The position numbers were made by a program, and so were the translations under genes. From positions 6,668-70,667 of the forward strand of contig JAFGUF010000014.1 in assembly GCA_016938675.1 (NCBI GenBank): DNA of 64,000 bases. The letters are read 5' to 3'. Below, piece after piece: positions 1 to 9,037 of the stretch (its first letter is position 1; each line of letters opens with the position of its first letter). The notes under the pieces are model-generated. The model searched no databases and was not told the origin of the DNA. It saw nothing but the letters and a program-made list of their open reading frames with translations. The DNA is from Clostridia bacterium (GTDB taxonomy: Bacteria > Bacillota > Clostridia > Christensenellales > UMGS416).

Positions 1-382
1 TCTCAATTAACCCGAATACAAAAAAACTGATTTCATAAACCCTAAGTCTCGTATCCAGAGCATCATTCTTGTTTTGAATGATTTCAAACTTTACCAACCA
101 ATATCTAAGAAAATACACTATAATCAACAGTACACTGATTATGAATACCATATTTAAATATGTATATATTGTAGCAATCTCAAATAAAAGTATTTTAATA
201 ATAAAATATATTACTATTGGCATAATGCAAAAAGTTATTTCCAATAACAGCCTTCTATTGAAAGCATTTTTTTCTTTATACATTTTCTTTGTTCTATCAT
301 CTACAAATAAAATATATTGGTCCTCGCCAAATTTGGGGAAATTGCCCTTCATAAAACTTTTAAAGCTTGGTTTTTGTTTCAT
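1..382 (-). CDS. small multi-pass membrane protein, 3' end cut by window edge; paralog of 536..961
   Basis: Not in the ORF track because it runs off the window. Own translation from ATG 382..380 gives MKQKPSFKSFMKGNFPKFGEDQYILFVDDRTKKMYKEKNAFNRRLLLEITFCIMPIVIYFII..., open down to position 2. The N-terminus parallels MKNKPSFKSFIKGSFPRR...KEKNAFRTRILFEI of the neighbouring gene. Confidence 0.55.
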   Translation of the reverse strand, partial: MKQKPSFKSFMKGNFPKFGEDQYILFVDDRTKKMYKEKNAFNRRLLLEITFCIMPIVIYFIIKILLFEIATIYTYLNMVFIISVLLIIVYFLRYWLVKFEIIQNKNDALDTRLRVYEISFFVFGLIE

Positions 383-535
383 AATCATACGCTCTTTTCT
401 TTTACTTGTAGTTCTAAATATTTTATGGCTATATTAAGCCCACCAAACAAACCAAACTAATCTCAAGTTTAATAATTCTATATTATATATTTCTGATTAA
501 GCATTATAAACTATTTGCATGTGGTTTGATATCTG

Positions 536-961
536 TTAAGCAATTGTATATTGTTGGACTATTAAGAAAAAATATAAACTTAAAGTTAGAATAACTCCGA
601 TTATTAGCAAACCAATTTCTATAGGCTTAATCCATTCCTTTTCAGCATACTTTACACTCCCAATTTCCTCAAATTGGATAAAAGTATATCTAAAAATATA
701 TAATAGAGGAATAGATACATAAAGAGCACTATAACCTAGTGTAAATAATAAAATTTGCTGCATTTCAAACTTTATTAATTTTATCGCTATAAAAGCGAAA
801 ACTGGTAATAGTATTAAAAATATTTCAAATAAAATCCTCGTACGGAAAGCGTTCTTCTCTTTAAAAATTTTATTTTCTTGTTCCTCTTCAAACACTAAAT
901 ACTTAACTCTTCTGGGAAAACTACCCTTTATAAAACTTTTGAAACTTGGCTTGTTTTTCAT
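536..961 (-). CDS. small membrane protein (about 3 TM), immunity-like, directly downstream of an RHS remnant
   Basis: 141-aa ORF with hydrophobic helices. It starts 3 nt after the stop of the RHS-tail fragment. The tandem paralog is at 1..382. Confidence 0.55.
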   Translation of the reverse strand: MKNKPSFKSFIKGSFPRRVKYLVFEEEQENKIFKEKNAFRTRILFEIFLILLPVFAFIAIKLIKFEMQQILLFTLGYSALYVSIPLLYIFRYTFIQFEEIGSVKYAEKEWIKPIEIGLLIIGVILTLSLYFFLIVQQYTIA

Positions 962-963
962 TT

Positions 964-1208
964 TTATATACTCTCTTTCCTTAGTCGTTCGGTGCTAGAG
1001 GTGAATCCAAGCACACCAGGTGTCGGGCTATCCGGCGTCAGCTTGCCATACGCAGTGTAAGCGTAAGCAATTAAAATGTTATCTGCCCCAGCTCATTGTA
1101 CTCATAGGTGATTGTTATTTCATTGCGCGCATTGATTATCAGCTGGCTGTTTGCATCATACACACTCTCGACAACTACACCGCCATTTTGAATAACTTCA
1201 GCCAACTA
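964..1208 (-). pseudogene. RHS/YD-repeat toxin remnants (two short fragments separated by a stop)
   Basis: Own translation gives ...LAEVIQNGGVVVESVYDANSQLIINARNEITITYEYNELGQITF* then AYAYTAYGKLTPDSPTPGVLGFTSSTERLRKESI*. It has YD-repeat periodicity and the Y.YT.YG.L junction typical of the RHS core end. No start codon and no toxin domain. Confidence 0.6.
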
Positions 1209-1307
1209 TCCATCACATTTTATGCATAATTGGTCTTTATATTGTTTGGTGTGGTTATATCAGTTGCGTTTCATTAATTGTTCAATTTGTTCAATTTTGA
1301 ATCAAAG

Positions 1308-1658
1308 TCAATCGAAAGCAACATCTTTCAGTATTCTCTTTACACTATCATTACTAATATCTCGACTTTTTAGCAGCATAATAATCCTTGATTTAATATC
1401 AATAATGTTTTTGTCAAATTTATTCGGAATCAAACTCTTTATATCTTCAAGTTCCGTTCCGAGATGCAATATTTCAATCAGCTTTTCATCAGCATTTGCT
1501 TCATTTAGTTTGTTCAAACTGTATGGGTTGAACAAATATTTCTCTGCATTCTCCAATTCAATCACTTTTTCCTCTAACGCTGAAATTATACCTAATGCGA
1601 AAATAGCGAGAAAATCCTCAGTCTCTCTCTTGCTTTCTAACACAATATTTACTTTCAT
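1308..1658 (-). CDS. hypothetical helical protein (116 aa), immunity-like by context
   Basis: Clean ORF with a non-repetitive sequence. The overlapping plus-strand ORF 1222..1704 is low-complexity S/L/I-rich and is treated as a shadow. Confidence 0.5.
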   Translation of the reverse strand: MKVNIVLESKRETEDFLAIFALGIISALEEKVIELENAEKYLFNPYSLNKLNEANADEKLIEILHLGTELEDIKSLIPNKFDKNIIDIKSRIIMLLKSRDISNDSVKRILKDVAFD

Positions 1659-1738
1659 TTATCGTATCCTCCTTGCTAATTACTCCAACGTGATTTTACT
1701 TTAATATTAAACACTTTCCCTAACTGCTTTGGAAATAG

Positions 1739-1867
1739 CTAATAGATAATTTGTTTCCATATGCATCTTGTCATTTGATACAGTTCATTGTGACCGCCCC
1801 GATACAGGCATCCTGTTATTGTTGATACAATAATCATAGTCGTAATAAGAGCTGCTATTTTTTTCAT
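1739..1867 (-). pseudogene. truncated N-terminus of a lipoprotein paralogous to 8220..8948
   Basis: Own translation gives MKKIAALITTMIIVSTITGCLYRGGHNELYQMTRCIWKQIIY*. Compare MKKAAILMIIFLLISTITGCLYDGKDQELYQMIRCNVL... at 8948. DNA similarity is visible between 1790-1867 and 8880-8948. Confidence 0.55.
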
Positions 1868-1969
1868 ATATACACCTTCTTTAATCCACTACCTTATAAA
1901 CTAATTCATTTGCAATAATCAAATAGATTTCTGCTGTCTTGCCAGAGCCTTTAGCACATGTAGATATAC

Positions 1970-2175
1970 TTATTCACGATTAACAACGTCATCTAATATA
2001 TCAATGTTTCTTTCCCAAGATTGACTAAAATACGAATCATAAGGCTCGAAAGCATAGCCTATTGTTACGCTGCTATCCACTTCCTCTTCCACATGGTTAG
2101 CAGCAATTTTAAGTTGTTACCATTTGTCCATACCTCGCTTGCTATGTTTCTAGGTTTATCACCTTTATAGGCTTT
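1970..2175 (-). pseudogene. frameshifted gene remnant (C-terminal ...NHVEEEVDSSVTIGYAFEPYDSYFSQSWERNIDILDDVVNRE*)
   Basis: Two partial frames (KAYKGDKPRNIASEVWTNGNN... and ...KIAANHVEEEV...) with no start codon for the second. Own translation only. Confidence 0.3.
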
Positions 2176-2382
2176 TTACTTTCTTGTTTTTGCTATATCT
2201 TTTGAAGTAACTGATAAAACGTCTAAAGTGTTTCCTGCTTTATCTAAAAACTCAACTTCATATACTTTGTTTTCGTTAGACAAAATCAATAAGATCGTGC
2301 CTACTGTGCCTCTTTTTACATTTTTACTTATTCGTCTTTTTGCGTGTATAACATCATATTCTTTAAACATAGTAGTCTCCAA
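2176..2382 (-). CDS. DUF4926-like small protein (68 aa)
   Basis: The length and the pattern ...YDVIHAKRRI...VKRGTVGTILLI......YEVEFLDKAGNTLDVLSV match my recollection of the DUF4926 family, which is common in toxin/immunity islands. Confidence 0.45.
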   Translation of the reverse strand: METTMFKEYDVIHAKRRISKNVKRGTVGTILLILSNENKVYEVEFLDKAGNTLDVLSVTSKDIAKTRK

Positions 2383-2630
2383 ATAATCACTGTTTTGTTA
2401 GTATTGCTGTAACAAGTCGAATTGAATTATCTTAAGCGTTCCTTATTGTATAACATATTTTTATATCCTCCTCTGTTGGCTTTCCTTTAAATTATAATAA
2501 AATACATTTCTTTATATAGTGTATCGATTTCTGCATATTTTATCCTTTAAATCACTAATTATATTTTAACAATAGTTTTTCTTTTTCCTGCATATTAAGA
2601 TGCCAATATATCAGTTCCAAAGTCATTACG

Positions 2631-2712
2631 CCTTTTATATAATACTATAAAAGCAAATTTATTCCAATGGGTCTTGCAGGCTACATCTGAGAAAATTTAA
2701 GAATATGGTAAC
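2631..2712. repeat. about 80-nt repeated intergenic element, copy A (30-nt identical core 2639..2668)
   Basis: ataatactataaaagcaaatttattccaat is identical to 8964..8993. The flanks are about 80 percent similar. Confidence 0.8.
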
Positions 2713-2773
2713 CCGGCATTCTTTATGCTGCGTGTATTTTATAGCATCGAAAGCTATCATAGTAAAATTGATT

Positions 2774-3076
2774 TTAAGTTTCTATATATTTTCCGTCTTC
2801 AAATTTCCTAACAAATCCTTTTTGCGGAAAGTCAGGATAGTTGAATTCCCATAAACATCCACATATACTGCATTTGTACCATTTAGTAGCATACCACTTA
2901 ATTTCTCTTTTTTTCAAAGTACTATGCCCTATATAGAATGGTTTGTTTACAGGTACATCTTTATAAATTCTCTTGTTAACTTGTTGCTCGAAAAAAGCAC
3001 CTAGCTCTTCAAATACTTTATAGGAATTTATTTCTGTTCCAGTTAGTAAGCTACAATCGCATTTTTTAAAAATCAT
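2774..3076 (-). CDS. Cys-rich small protein (100 aa), Imm27-like W.C..CG..WE motif
   Basis: ...WYKCSICGCLWEFNYPDFPQKGF... plus an N-terminal C.C. The family assignment comes from memory of polymorphic-toxin immunity families only. Confidence 0.4.
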   Translation of the reverse strand: MIFKKCDCSLLTGTEINSYKVFEELGAFFEQQVNKRIYKDVPVNKPFYIGHSTLKKREIKWYATKWYKCSICGCLWEFNYPDFPQKGFVRKFEDGKYIET

Positions 3077-3171
3077 TATTTTACAATCTCTTTCTCTCTA
3101 ATTTCTCCACTTAAATAAGCATTCAATTTATCTCAATAAGAGCTTTCTAAAGCGCTTATCAGTATTGCTTT

Positions 3172-3672
3172 TTATTTCCTAACAAGCTTTAAAAAATTTG
3201 GAGAGATTATGATTTCATTATTGTTTTGTGTTTTATTTACAATTTTCTTTACAAACTCGTGATAGTTCTCATACTGCTTTGGTATAAGAAATAGACTCTT
3301 ATTTTCACTCTCAACTACAAATATCTTTTTTGACCTTGGGCTATTAGTAGGTGGTCCAATCCATATAATTTTATCTAAATCAATGGTAGTATTAACTATT
3401 TCTTTTCTATATTGTGTGGTAACTATTAAAACTTCCTCATCCATATACACTTTACTTCTTTCTATTTTCTTCATTGCATTACCAAATCTAATGCTGAAAA
3501 ATATAAGAATTGCCACGTAAGCTATGATATCAAAAACATATTGCTTTGGTTCCTGTCCCAAAACAATCCCTAAAATTGGTTTACCTATTATCATAAATAC
3601 TAGGCAGATAATAAAGCAATTCCTGATACCTGTATATAATCTGATTAATTTAGGTTTGATTCTGTATTCCAT
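3172..3672 (-). CDS. 2-TM membrane protein with a C-terminal soluble domain (166 aa)
   Basis: Two hydrophobic helices (CFIICLVFMIIGKPILGIVL, IIAYVAILIFFSI) followed by a mixed-charge domain. Confidence 0.5.
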   Translation of the reverse strand: MEYRIKPKLIRLYTGIRNCFIICLVFMIIGKPILGIVLGQEPKQYVFDIIAYVAILIFFSIRFGNAMKKIERSKVYMDEEVLIVTTQYRKEIVNTTIDLDKIIWIGPPTNSPRSKKIFVVESENKSLFLIPKQYENYHEFVKKIVNKTQNNNEIIISPNFLKLVRK

Positions 3673-3777
3673 AAACGTTATTGTCCTTTATCAGTAATTT
3701 CCTCTAAATATATTATTCTTTATTTGATCTGTTTGCTCCAAACCCTCTAAGCTGCAAATACAATAATACTAATCAAC

Positions 3778-4338
3778 TTAGTCGCTCCATACTTCAACAA
3801 ATTTAAATCCTTTTAGCTCCGCTTGCTCTACTACTTTTTTAAAATCATCACTAACAAAAATTTCTGTGTTTACAATCTTTCCATTAAGATATATTTTAAA
3901 AATATTATGTCCCTCAATCACGTCTTTTTTAAACGCATGCTTTTTAAATCCTACAACTAATCCTGTGTTATATATATCAAGCACCGATTTTTCATAGTCA
4001 ACAGCATCCAAGACTGTTAAAATATTAATTAAATAATATGGTTCATTTTTATGCGTAAATCTAACAAATTCGCAATTATTTTTTACGAGGTCTTTTATCG
4101 CCTCTTTTCCCTTTCTGCTTATTGCCGGAATAAACATCAAATTCCATATTTTTGGGTGATCGCCACGTTCTTCTCCTTCAATTACTTCTATTTTATTAAT
4201 CTTGCTATCAATATCTTCTTCTAATATGCTTTTTGCATTATCAGTCTTAAATTTGAGTTCCTCCAAGTAATCATCATTGAAAAACAGTTTCAATGATTCA
4301 TAGTTACCAAATTCCACTTTTAATTTCCATATTCTCAT
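3778..4338 (-). CDS. polymorphic-toxin immunity-like protein (186 aa), paralog of 6293..6859
   Basis: It sits immediately downstream of a YD-repeat fragment. The C-terminal motif is EIFVSDDFKKVVEQAELKGFKFVEVW (DUF1629/Imm11-like flavour, low certainty). Confidence 0.6.
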   Translation of the reverse strand: MRIWKLKVEFGNYESLKLFFNDDYLEELKFKTDNAKSILEEDIDSKINKIEVIEGEERGDHPKIWNLMFIPAISRKGKEAIKDLVKNNCEFVRFTHKNEPYYLINILTVLDAVDYEKSVLDIYNTGLVVGFKKHAFKKDVIEGHNIFKIYLNGKIVNTEIFVSDDFKKVVEQAELKGFKFVEVWSD

Positions 4339-4376
4339 TGTATTTCTCCTAAGTTAATTTAATGATATTGTTCCGT

Positions 4377-4616
4377 TTAGCAATCCTTTTTAATATCATT
4401 TAGTGCATACTGCTTATCAATTACGTTTACTGTAATCGCAGTCAGGTTACCCTGTATATCGTAGTTGTATTTCTCACCAGTAGTCTTTTCTGTCAACTGA
4501 TTGTCAGCATTATCATATGTGTAGCTTTCGGTATAGCTGTTGTCGGTAAAGTCTGTCAGTTGTTTAGCAGCATCATAAGTAGGTGTTCGAAAAGGTGCTA
4601 GTAAGCACCTCTTCAT
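4377..4616 (-). pseudogene. YD-repeat toxin C-terminal remnant
   Basis: ...TYDAAKQLTDFTDNSYTESYTYDNADNQLTEKTTGEKYNYDIQGNLTAITVNVIDKQYALNDIKKDC*. It has YD repeats and lacks an N-terminal body. Only a very short tail precedes the immunity gene. Confidence 0.6.
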
Positions 4617-4640
4617 CTAGTAAATCTAGTTTTTTCTACT

Positions 4641-5933
4641 TTATTCTTCAGTAGGCTTTGGCAGTGAGTCTTTATCTATTACATCGGTCATAAACACCAT
4701 TGTTGTTACACCGTCAGCATCAATATTAAACCCAAACAGGATATTTCCTTTATAAACCATATAATTTATATCAGCATATCTATACTCTTCAACGATATCG
4801 TCCGTTTCACCATTCGCTACATGATTCCAGTTTAGACACGTTTTCCCGTCATATATAAGAGTAGTATCCTGTCTTTCAAAATTATATTTTATTGCTTCAA
4901 TATTATAGTTACCATCATAAAATGAAACAAAATAGTCTTTTTCAGTTGCATAGCTTGCATCAAATTCTTTTTTGGTTTCATACAATTTTAAATATTTACA
5001 AGTGTCCATACTAAATCTATACAATACTGTATTATCGTCTTCTTTCATAGTAAAAAACAAATAATTATCTGCTGCCTTAACGTCAACAAATGCTCCGGTT
5101 TTCAATACAAGCACTGAATCTATAAATCCCTGGCTTCTATCTAAAATAAATTCTCCATCAACAATTTCAGAATTATAGATATCTATCGTATCATATGCTT
5201 CATCATATATTAATATTTTACTCTTTGTAAAATCAATAGCATCATCAGGCAAAGTAGAATAATCTATTACTTCATATCCTAGAACTGATTCTATTTCCAT
5301 TGTTGTCATTTCAAATGAAAAAACTTCTTCATTTAAATCCTGATAATAAATTTTGTTATCCTTGACTTCTATAAATTTATTTATATTTGTAATTTTGTAA
5401 TTTTTTTCACCAATTTCATCATTCTCAATATCTGTTTTGCTATACAATCTGTAATATGAATTTCTGTCTTTTACATATCTTGTGAAAAACAAATTATTGG
5501 TGTCCTGCGAGACAAATATTTGATGACCATCTAATTCTCTATCTACATTTATTCCTCCTCCAAAACTACGACCACCATATAAATTATAGGCATCTATCTC
5601 TACGTAATCTGTGCCTAAATAGTCTTTATCTAAATAGTATATACACAATGCGGCATGCTCCTCACTTGTAGGATTACCACCAGTAACGGTAGTAATTTGA
5701 AAAACAAATGGAGTTCCTAAAGATACAGCGAATTCAGCTGGATTGTAGTCAACTCTTTCAAACATTGGATTTACTATCAAGCTTTGCGCTGTTGAATCAA
5801 TTGGTTCTTCAACTTCTATAATGATATTTGGTGTTTCTGTTGGAATCTTTGTGGGCATGTTTCCATTATTATTACGAGTTTGGCAAGAACTAAATAAAAT
5901 CAATGCCATAAATATAATTATTAGTTTTTTCAT
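4641..5933 (-). CDS. lipoprotein (430 aa), probable beta-rich/propeller-like
   Basis: Signal peptide plus lipobox: MKKLIIIFMALILFSSC. Y/D/N-rich repeats. It lies between two RHS fragments. Confidence 0.7.
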   Translation of the reverse strand: MKKLIIIFMALILFSSCQTRNNNGNMPTKIPTETPNIIIEVEEPIDSTAQSLIVNPMFERVDYNPAEFAVSLGTPFVFQITTVTGGNPTSEEHAALCIYYLDKDYLGTDYVEIDAYNLYGGRSFGGGINVDRELDGHQIFVSQDTNNLFFTRYVKDRNSYYRLYSKTDIENDEIGEKNYKITNINKFIEVKDNKIYYQDLNEEVFSFEMTTMEIESVLGYEVIDYSTLPDDAIDFTKSKILIYDEAYDTIDIYNSEIVDGEFILDRSQGFIDSVLVLKTGAFVDVKAADNYLFFTMKEDDNTVLYRFSMDTCKYLKLYETKKEFDASYATEKDYFVSFYDGNYNIEAIKYNFERQDTTLIYDGKTCLNWNHVANGETDDIVEEYRYADINYMVYKGNILFGFNIDADGVTTMVFMTDVIDKDSLPKPTEE

Positions 5934-5944
5934 ACTGTACCTCT

Positions 5945-6184
5945 TTAATTCTCTGGAACGTATTCAGGATCAAATATATAAATCCCTACATAAATATACC
6001 ACCTATTCATCGTCTGCGGTTCAGTGAAATCACCCCTATAGTCATCCTCCTGAACAAACCTCTGCAAACCAGTATCATAATACCTAGCCCTTAGATACTG
6101 CAAGCCAGTGCTGTAATCCGTAGCCTCAGCATTATAGCCAAGTAAATTAGGTGTCGGGCTATCCGGCATCAGCTCGCCATACAC
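5945..6184 (-). pseudogene. RHS core-end fragment without toxin domain
   Basis: (ISYVYT)VYGELMPDSPTPNLLGYNAEATDYSTGLQYLRARYYDTGLQRFVQEDDYRGDFTEPQTMNRWYIY... is the canonical RHS C-terminal core signature (YLRARYYD..G.F...D). It is GTG-initiated in the track and is preceded in frame by TAA. It ends 15 aa after the core. Confidence 0.65.
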
Positions 6185-6292
6185 AGTGTAAACATATGAA
6201 ATTAAAATATTATTATCTAGCCTATACTAAGTCTTCATAGATAATTATATTCGAAAAAAACATGGTCTAATGTAAATGACATTCAGTATATT

Positions 6293-6859
6293 TTATTCTT
6301 CATTATTCCATACTTCAACAAATTTAAATCCTTTTAGCTCCGCTTGTTCTACTGCTTTTTTAAAATCATCACTTACAAAAATTTCAGTATTTCTAATTCT
6401 ATTATTGAGATAAATTTTGAATATGTTTTTATTTCTAATTGTATTTGGCTTAAACATATGTTTCTTGAATCCAACTACCAAGCCAGAACTGCGTTTTTTT
6501 AATATTGATTTTTCATAATCTATAGCATCAATAACCGTTATTATATTCATTAAATAATATATATCATTTTGATAACTAAACTGAATAAACTCACAATTAT
6601 CATTAATGATATCTTTTAAAGCTATTCTACCTCTTTCGCTAATTACAGGAACAAAAGGTAAATTCCAAACTTGAGGGAAATCTCCTTTTTCTTTTCCGTC
6701 TATCAGCTCTACATTTTTAATTCTAGAATTAATCTCTCCTATACCTTGGCTGTCCAGTTTGCTAATCCTATCTTTAAGTTCTTCTAAGTAATCATCCGCA
6801 AAATGAATTTTGTATGTCTCATATTCCTGAAAATCAACTTCTAATCTCCATATTTTCAT
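6293..6859 (-). CDS. polymorphic-toxin immunity-like protein (188 aa), paralog of 3778..4338
   Basis: About 55-60 percent identical by eye to 3778..4338. The 3' region of about 85 nt (6309-6393) is nearly identical to 3788-3872. Confidence 0.6.
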   Translation of the reverse strand: MKIWRLEVDFQEYETYKIHFADDYLEELKDRISKLDSQGIGEINSRIKNVELIDGKEKGDFPQVWNLPFVPVISERGRIALKDIINDNCEFIQFSYQNDIYYLMNIITVIDAIDYEKSILKKRSSGLVVGFKKHMFKPNTIRNKNIFKIYLNNRIRNTEIFVSDDFKKAVEQAELKGFKFVEVWNNEE

Positions 6860-7014
6860 ATCGTTTCTCCTGATTTATTGATATTATTCCGTTTATCATC
6901 CTTTTTAATATCATTTAGTGCATACTGCTTATAATTTCCTTTGCCTGTTATTGCAGTCAGATCACTATTTAAATTGTAGCTGTAAACTATAGTCCGGCCG
7001 TTTTTTAAATTCTT
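6856..7014 (-). pseudogene. YD-repeat toxin tail remnant overlapping the immunity gene start (ATGA)
   Basis: Own translation gives LKNLKNGRTIVYSYNLNSDLTAITGKGNYKQYALNDIKKDDKRNNINKSGETI*. It shares ...KQYALNDIKKD with 4377..4616. Confidence 0.5.
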
Positions 7015-7134
7015 CAACTAATTAATTGCACCAAATTGTCTATTAGTTTATCAATATATCATAAAGCCTTTCATAAAAATAAACACTCATTCTAGTGCAA
7101 CTCTAATTGAGCTGCAATTAATTTTTACAAAATA

Positions 7135-7643
7135 TTAGATACTTTTATCAAATTTATTTTCATTCACTATATGATTATCCCAATACTTTTTTATTTCATT
7201 TAATCCTTGCCATTGATATTCAAAGTAAAAAAATTCATTAGAAAATTCCTTTACAGGCACTAAACGCCAATCTTCTGTGTACTCTACAGTTTCATTATAT
7301 TTTCGCATGAAACCTTTCCCAAAAACTCCAATATATCGTCCGTTGAATTGTTTGCTGCACACTATATAGTTAATCTGATTCCACTCTATAAAAAAACATT
7401 TTTTGCAATTTCAATAAATATACCACTTTCATTTATAGTCACTGTTCCCTTAGGCATCCCTAAGAAATATATGCATAGCGCACTAGAAATATATAGTGTA
7501 ATTACAATTATGCGCAGTACTTTATTTGAAGTGTTTGTATCTAATAAATCACTACCAATCAAAATAACAATCGGCAATGTTAACAATGCTAATACTAATG
7601 ATGCGATTATTCTTCTGTTTTTTGATAAAAACCCTAATTTCAT
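7135..7643 (-). pseudogene. membrane/PH-like protein split by a frameshift at an A6/T7 homopolymer
   Basis: ORFs 7386..7643 and 7135..7362 join as ...GIFIEIAKNVF|FIEWNQINYIVCSKQFNGRYIGVF... if one base is added or removed in the run at 7390..7404. Confidence 0.45.
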
Positions 7644-7897
7644 TTTATACTCCTCAAGTCTTTTGTTTGGTTTTAATCAAGTATAAACTATTTATGCAAT
7701 CTCAGTAAGCCATCATCACATGCGTTGTACATTTAATCGGGCTGGTATTAATACTACGTGTTTATTGTTAGTCTGACCAGCACATCGTATACATATCTTA
7801 TCTTTATACCATTCGGTCTGGCTGTGCTTGGTTTCCTGTTGAGGATATTGTATGTGTAGTTGACTGTTGTTTACACTAATTAATGTGTTTTTGCGAA

Positions 7898-8170
7898 TCA
7901 ATAAGCAAAGCCTTTTTCCACAACTTCATATACAAATCTATTATTTATAATATTTGCTTCGTTAATATCATTAATGGCTATATCCCAGTTTCTTGAACTG
8001 TTATTATGGTAACTATCTGAGTAGTCTTTGCTGTATTCTAAAAAGGGATGAATGCGTTCATCTTCGTAAACTAAAAAAACATCAAAACCTAATATATCTA
8101 CATTATTTTCTCTGCATTTTTCTATATATTCAATTGCCTCATCTTTACTTAACAATATAATATTTGACAT
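7898..8170 (-). CDS. hypothetical small protein (90 aa), immunity-like by context
   Basis: Clean ORF, acidic, with no TM helix. A 61-aa TTG-initiated ORF (7716..7901) overlaps its stop and is not called. Confidence 0.45.
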   Translation of the reverse strand: MSNIILLSKDEAIEYIEKCRENNVDILGFDVFLVYEDERIHPFLEYSKDYSDSYHNNSSRNWDIAINDINEANIINNRFVYEVVEKGFAY

Positions 8171-8219
8171 AATATCCGTTCCCCCTAAAGTCTATATGCA
8201 TTATAATTATTGTCCAGCA

Positions 8220-8948
8220 TCACGAGAAATTCCAATCGTTGCTTATTTTAAATTCATGAAGCAGCTCCTGATAATTATACAAATCCTCAATTTCCACAAC
8301 AAAGGTATCCTTATCATAGGAACCACCTTCGTTAAAAATCATCAGGTAATATTTTGTAGTGACTTCGATATCATCTTCGTAATCCGCATCATACTCAACA
8401 GCCAAGCATAGTGTCTTACCTTCACCATCATAATCAGCAAATCTAACTCCAACTTCATTGTCTTTCGAAACGCCTTCATATAATCGAATAATATTATATG
8501 CAATTGTACCGCTATATCCATCATAATCCGGATAAATCGGCCTGCTGGATAACTTTTTCTCATTCACTGGCTTATCCCAATCATTATGCAGTTTTAGATT
8601 ATCAATATCTTCTTCACTGAAATTTTCGAATGCATCACTAATAATAAAGCACTCATCTTCATAATAGTATGTTAATTTCCTGTCGCTCTTTTGACAGATA
8701 GCCACAACCCATATGCGTTCATATCCATATGTTCTGCTGGTGTCCATTGTGTAAGTAAAAAGAATCCTTCCATATAAATCTTCTTCAATTATCTCAATTT
8801 TTACTTTGTCTGTTTCACCAACACCATTTGTGGCCAATACATTGCATCTTATCATTTGATACAATTCTTGATCTTTGCCATCATACAGGCATCCTGTTAT
8901 TGTCGATATTAAAAGAAAAATTATCATTAAAATTGCTGCTTTTTTCAT
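8220..8948 (-). CDS. lipoprotein (242 aa)
   Basis: MKKAAILMIIFLLISTITGC carries a lipobox. The 5' end is duplicated as a truncated copy at 1739..1867. Confidence 0.7.
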   Translation of the reverse strand: MKKAAILMIIFLLISTITGCLYDGKDQELYQMIRCNVLATNGVGETDKVKIEIIEEDLYGRILFTYTMDTSRTYGYERIWVVAICQKSDRKLTYYYEDECFIISDAFENFSEEDIDNLKLHNDWDKPVNEKKLSSRPIYPDYDGYSGTIAYNIIRLYEGVSKDNEVGVRFADYDGEGKTLCLAVEYDADYEDDIEVTTKYYLMIFNEGGSYDKDTFVVEIEDLYNYQELLHEFKISNDWNFS

Positions 8949-8955
8949 TTGTACC

Positions 8956-9037
8956 TCTTTTACATAATACTATAAAAGCAAATTTATTCCAATAAATATC
9001 GCAGACTATTTCTGTATAAATTTAGTAATATGGCAAT
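8956..9037. repeat. about 80-nt repeated intergenic element, copy B (core 8964..8993), immediately 5' of lipoprotein gene 8220..8948
   Basis: The 30-nt core is identical to 2639..2668. It may be a promoter or leader module. Confidence 0.8.

Noticed and set aside
78-1704. Plus-strand ORFs 78..437, 1020..1229 and 1222..1704
   Set aside because: Their translations are low-complexity (I/L/S/F-rich), typical of AT-rich antisense frames. The minus strand carries paralog-supported or motif-supported reading frames over the same DNA.
7716-7901. 61-aa TTG-initiated ORF overlapping the stop of 7898..8170 (possible toxin stub)
   Set aside because: I recognised no motif. It is short, uses a non-ATG start, and has no support beyond being open.
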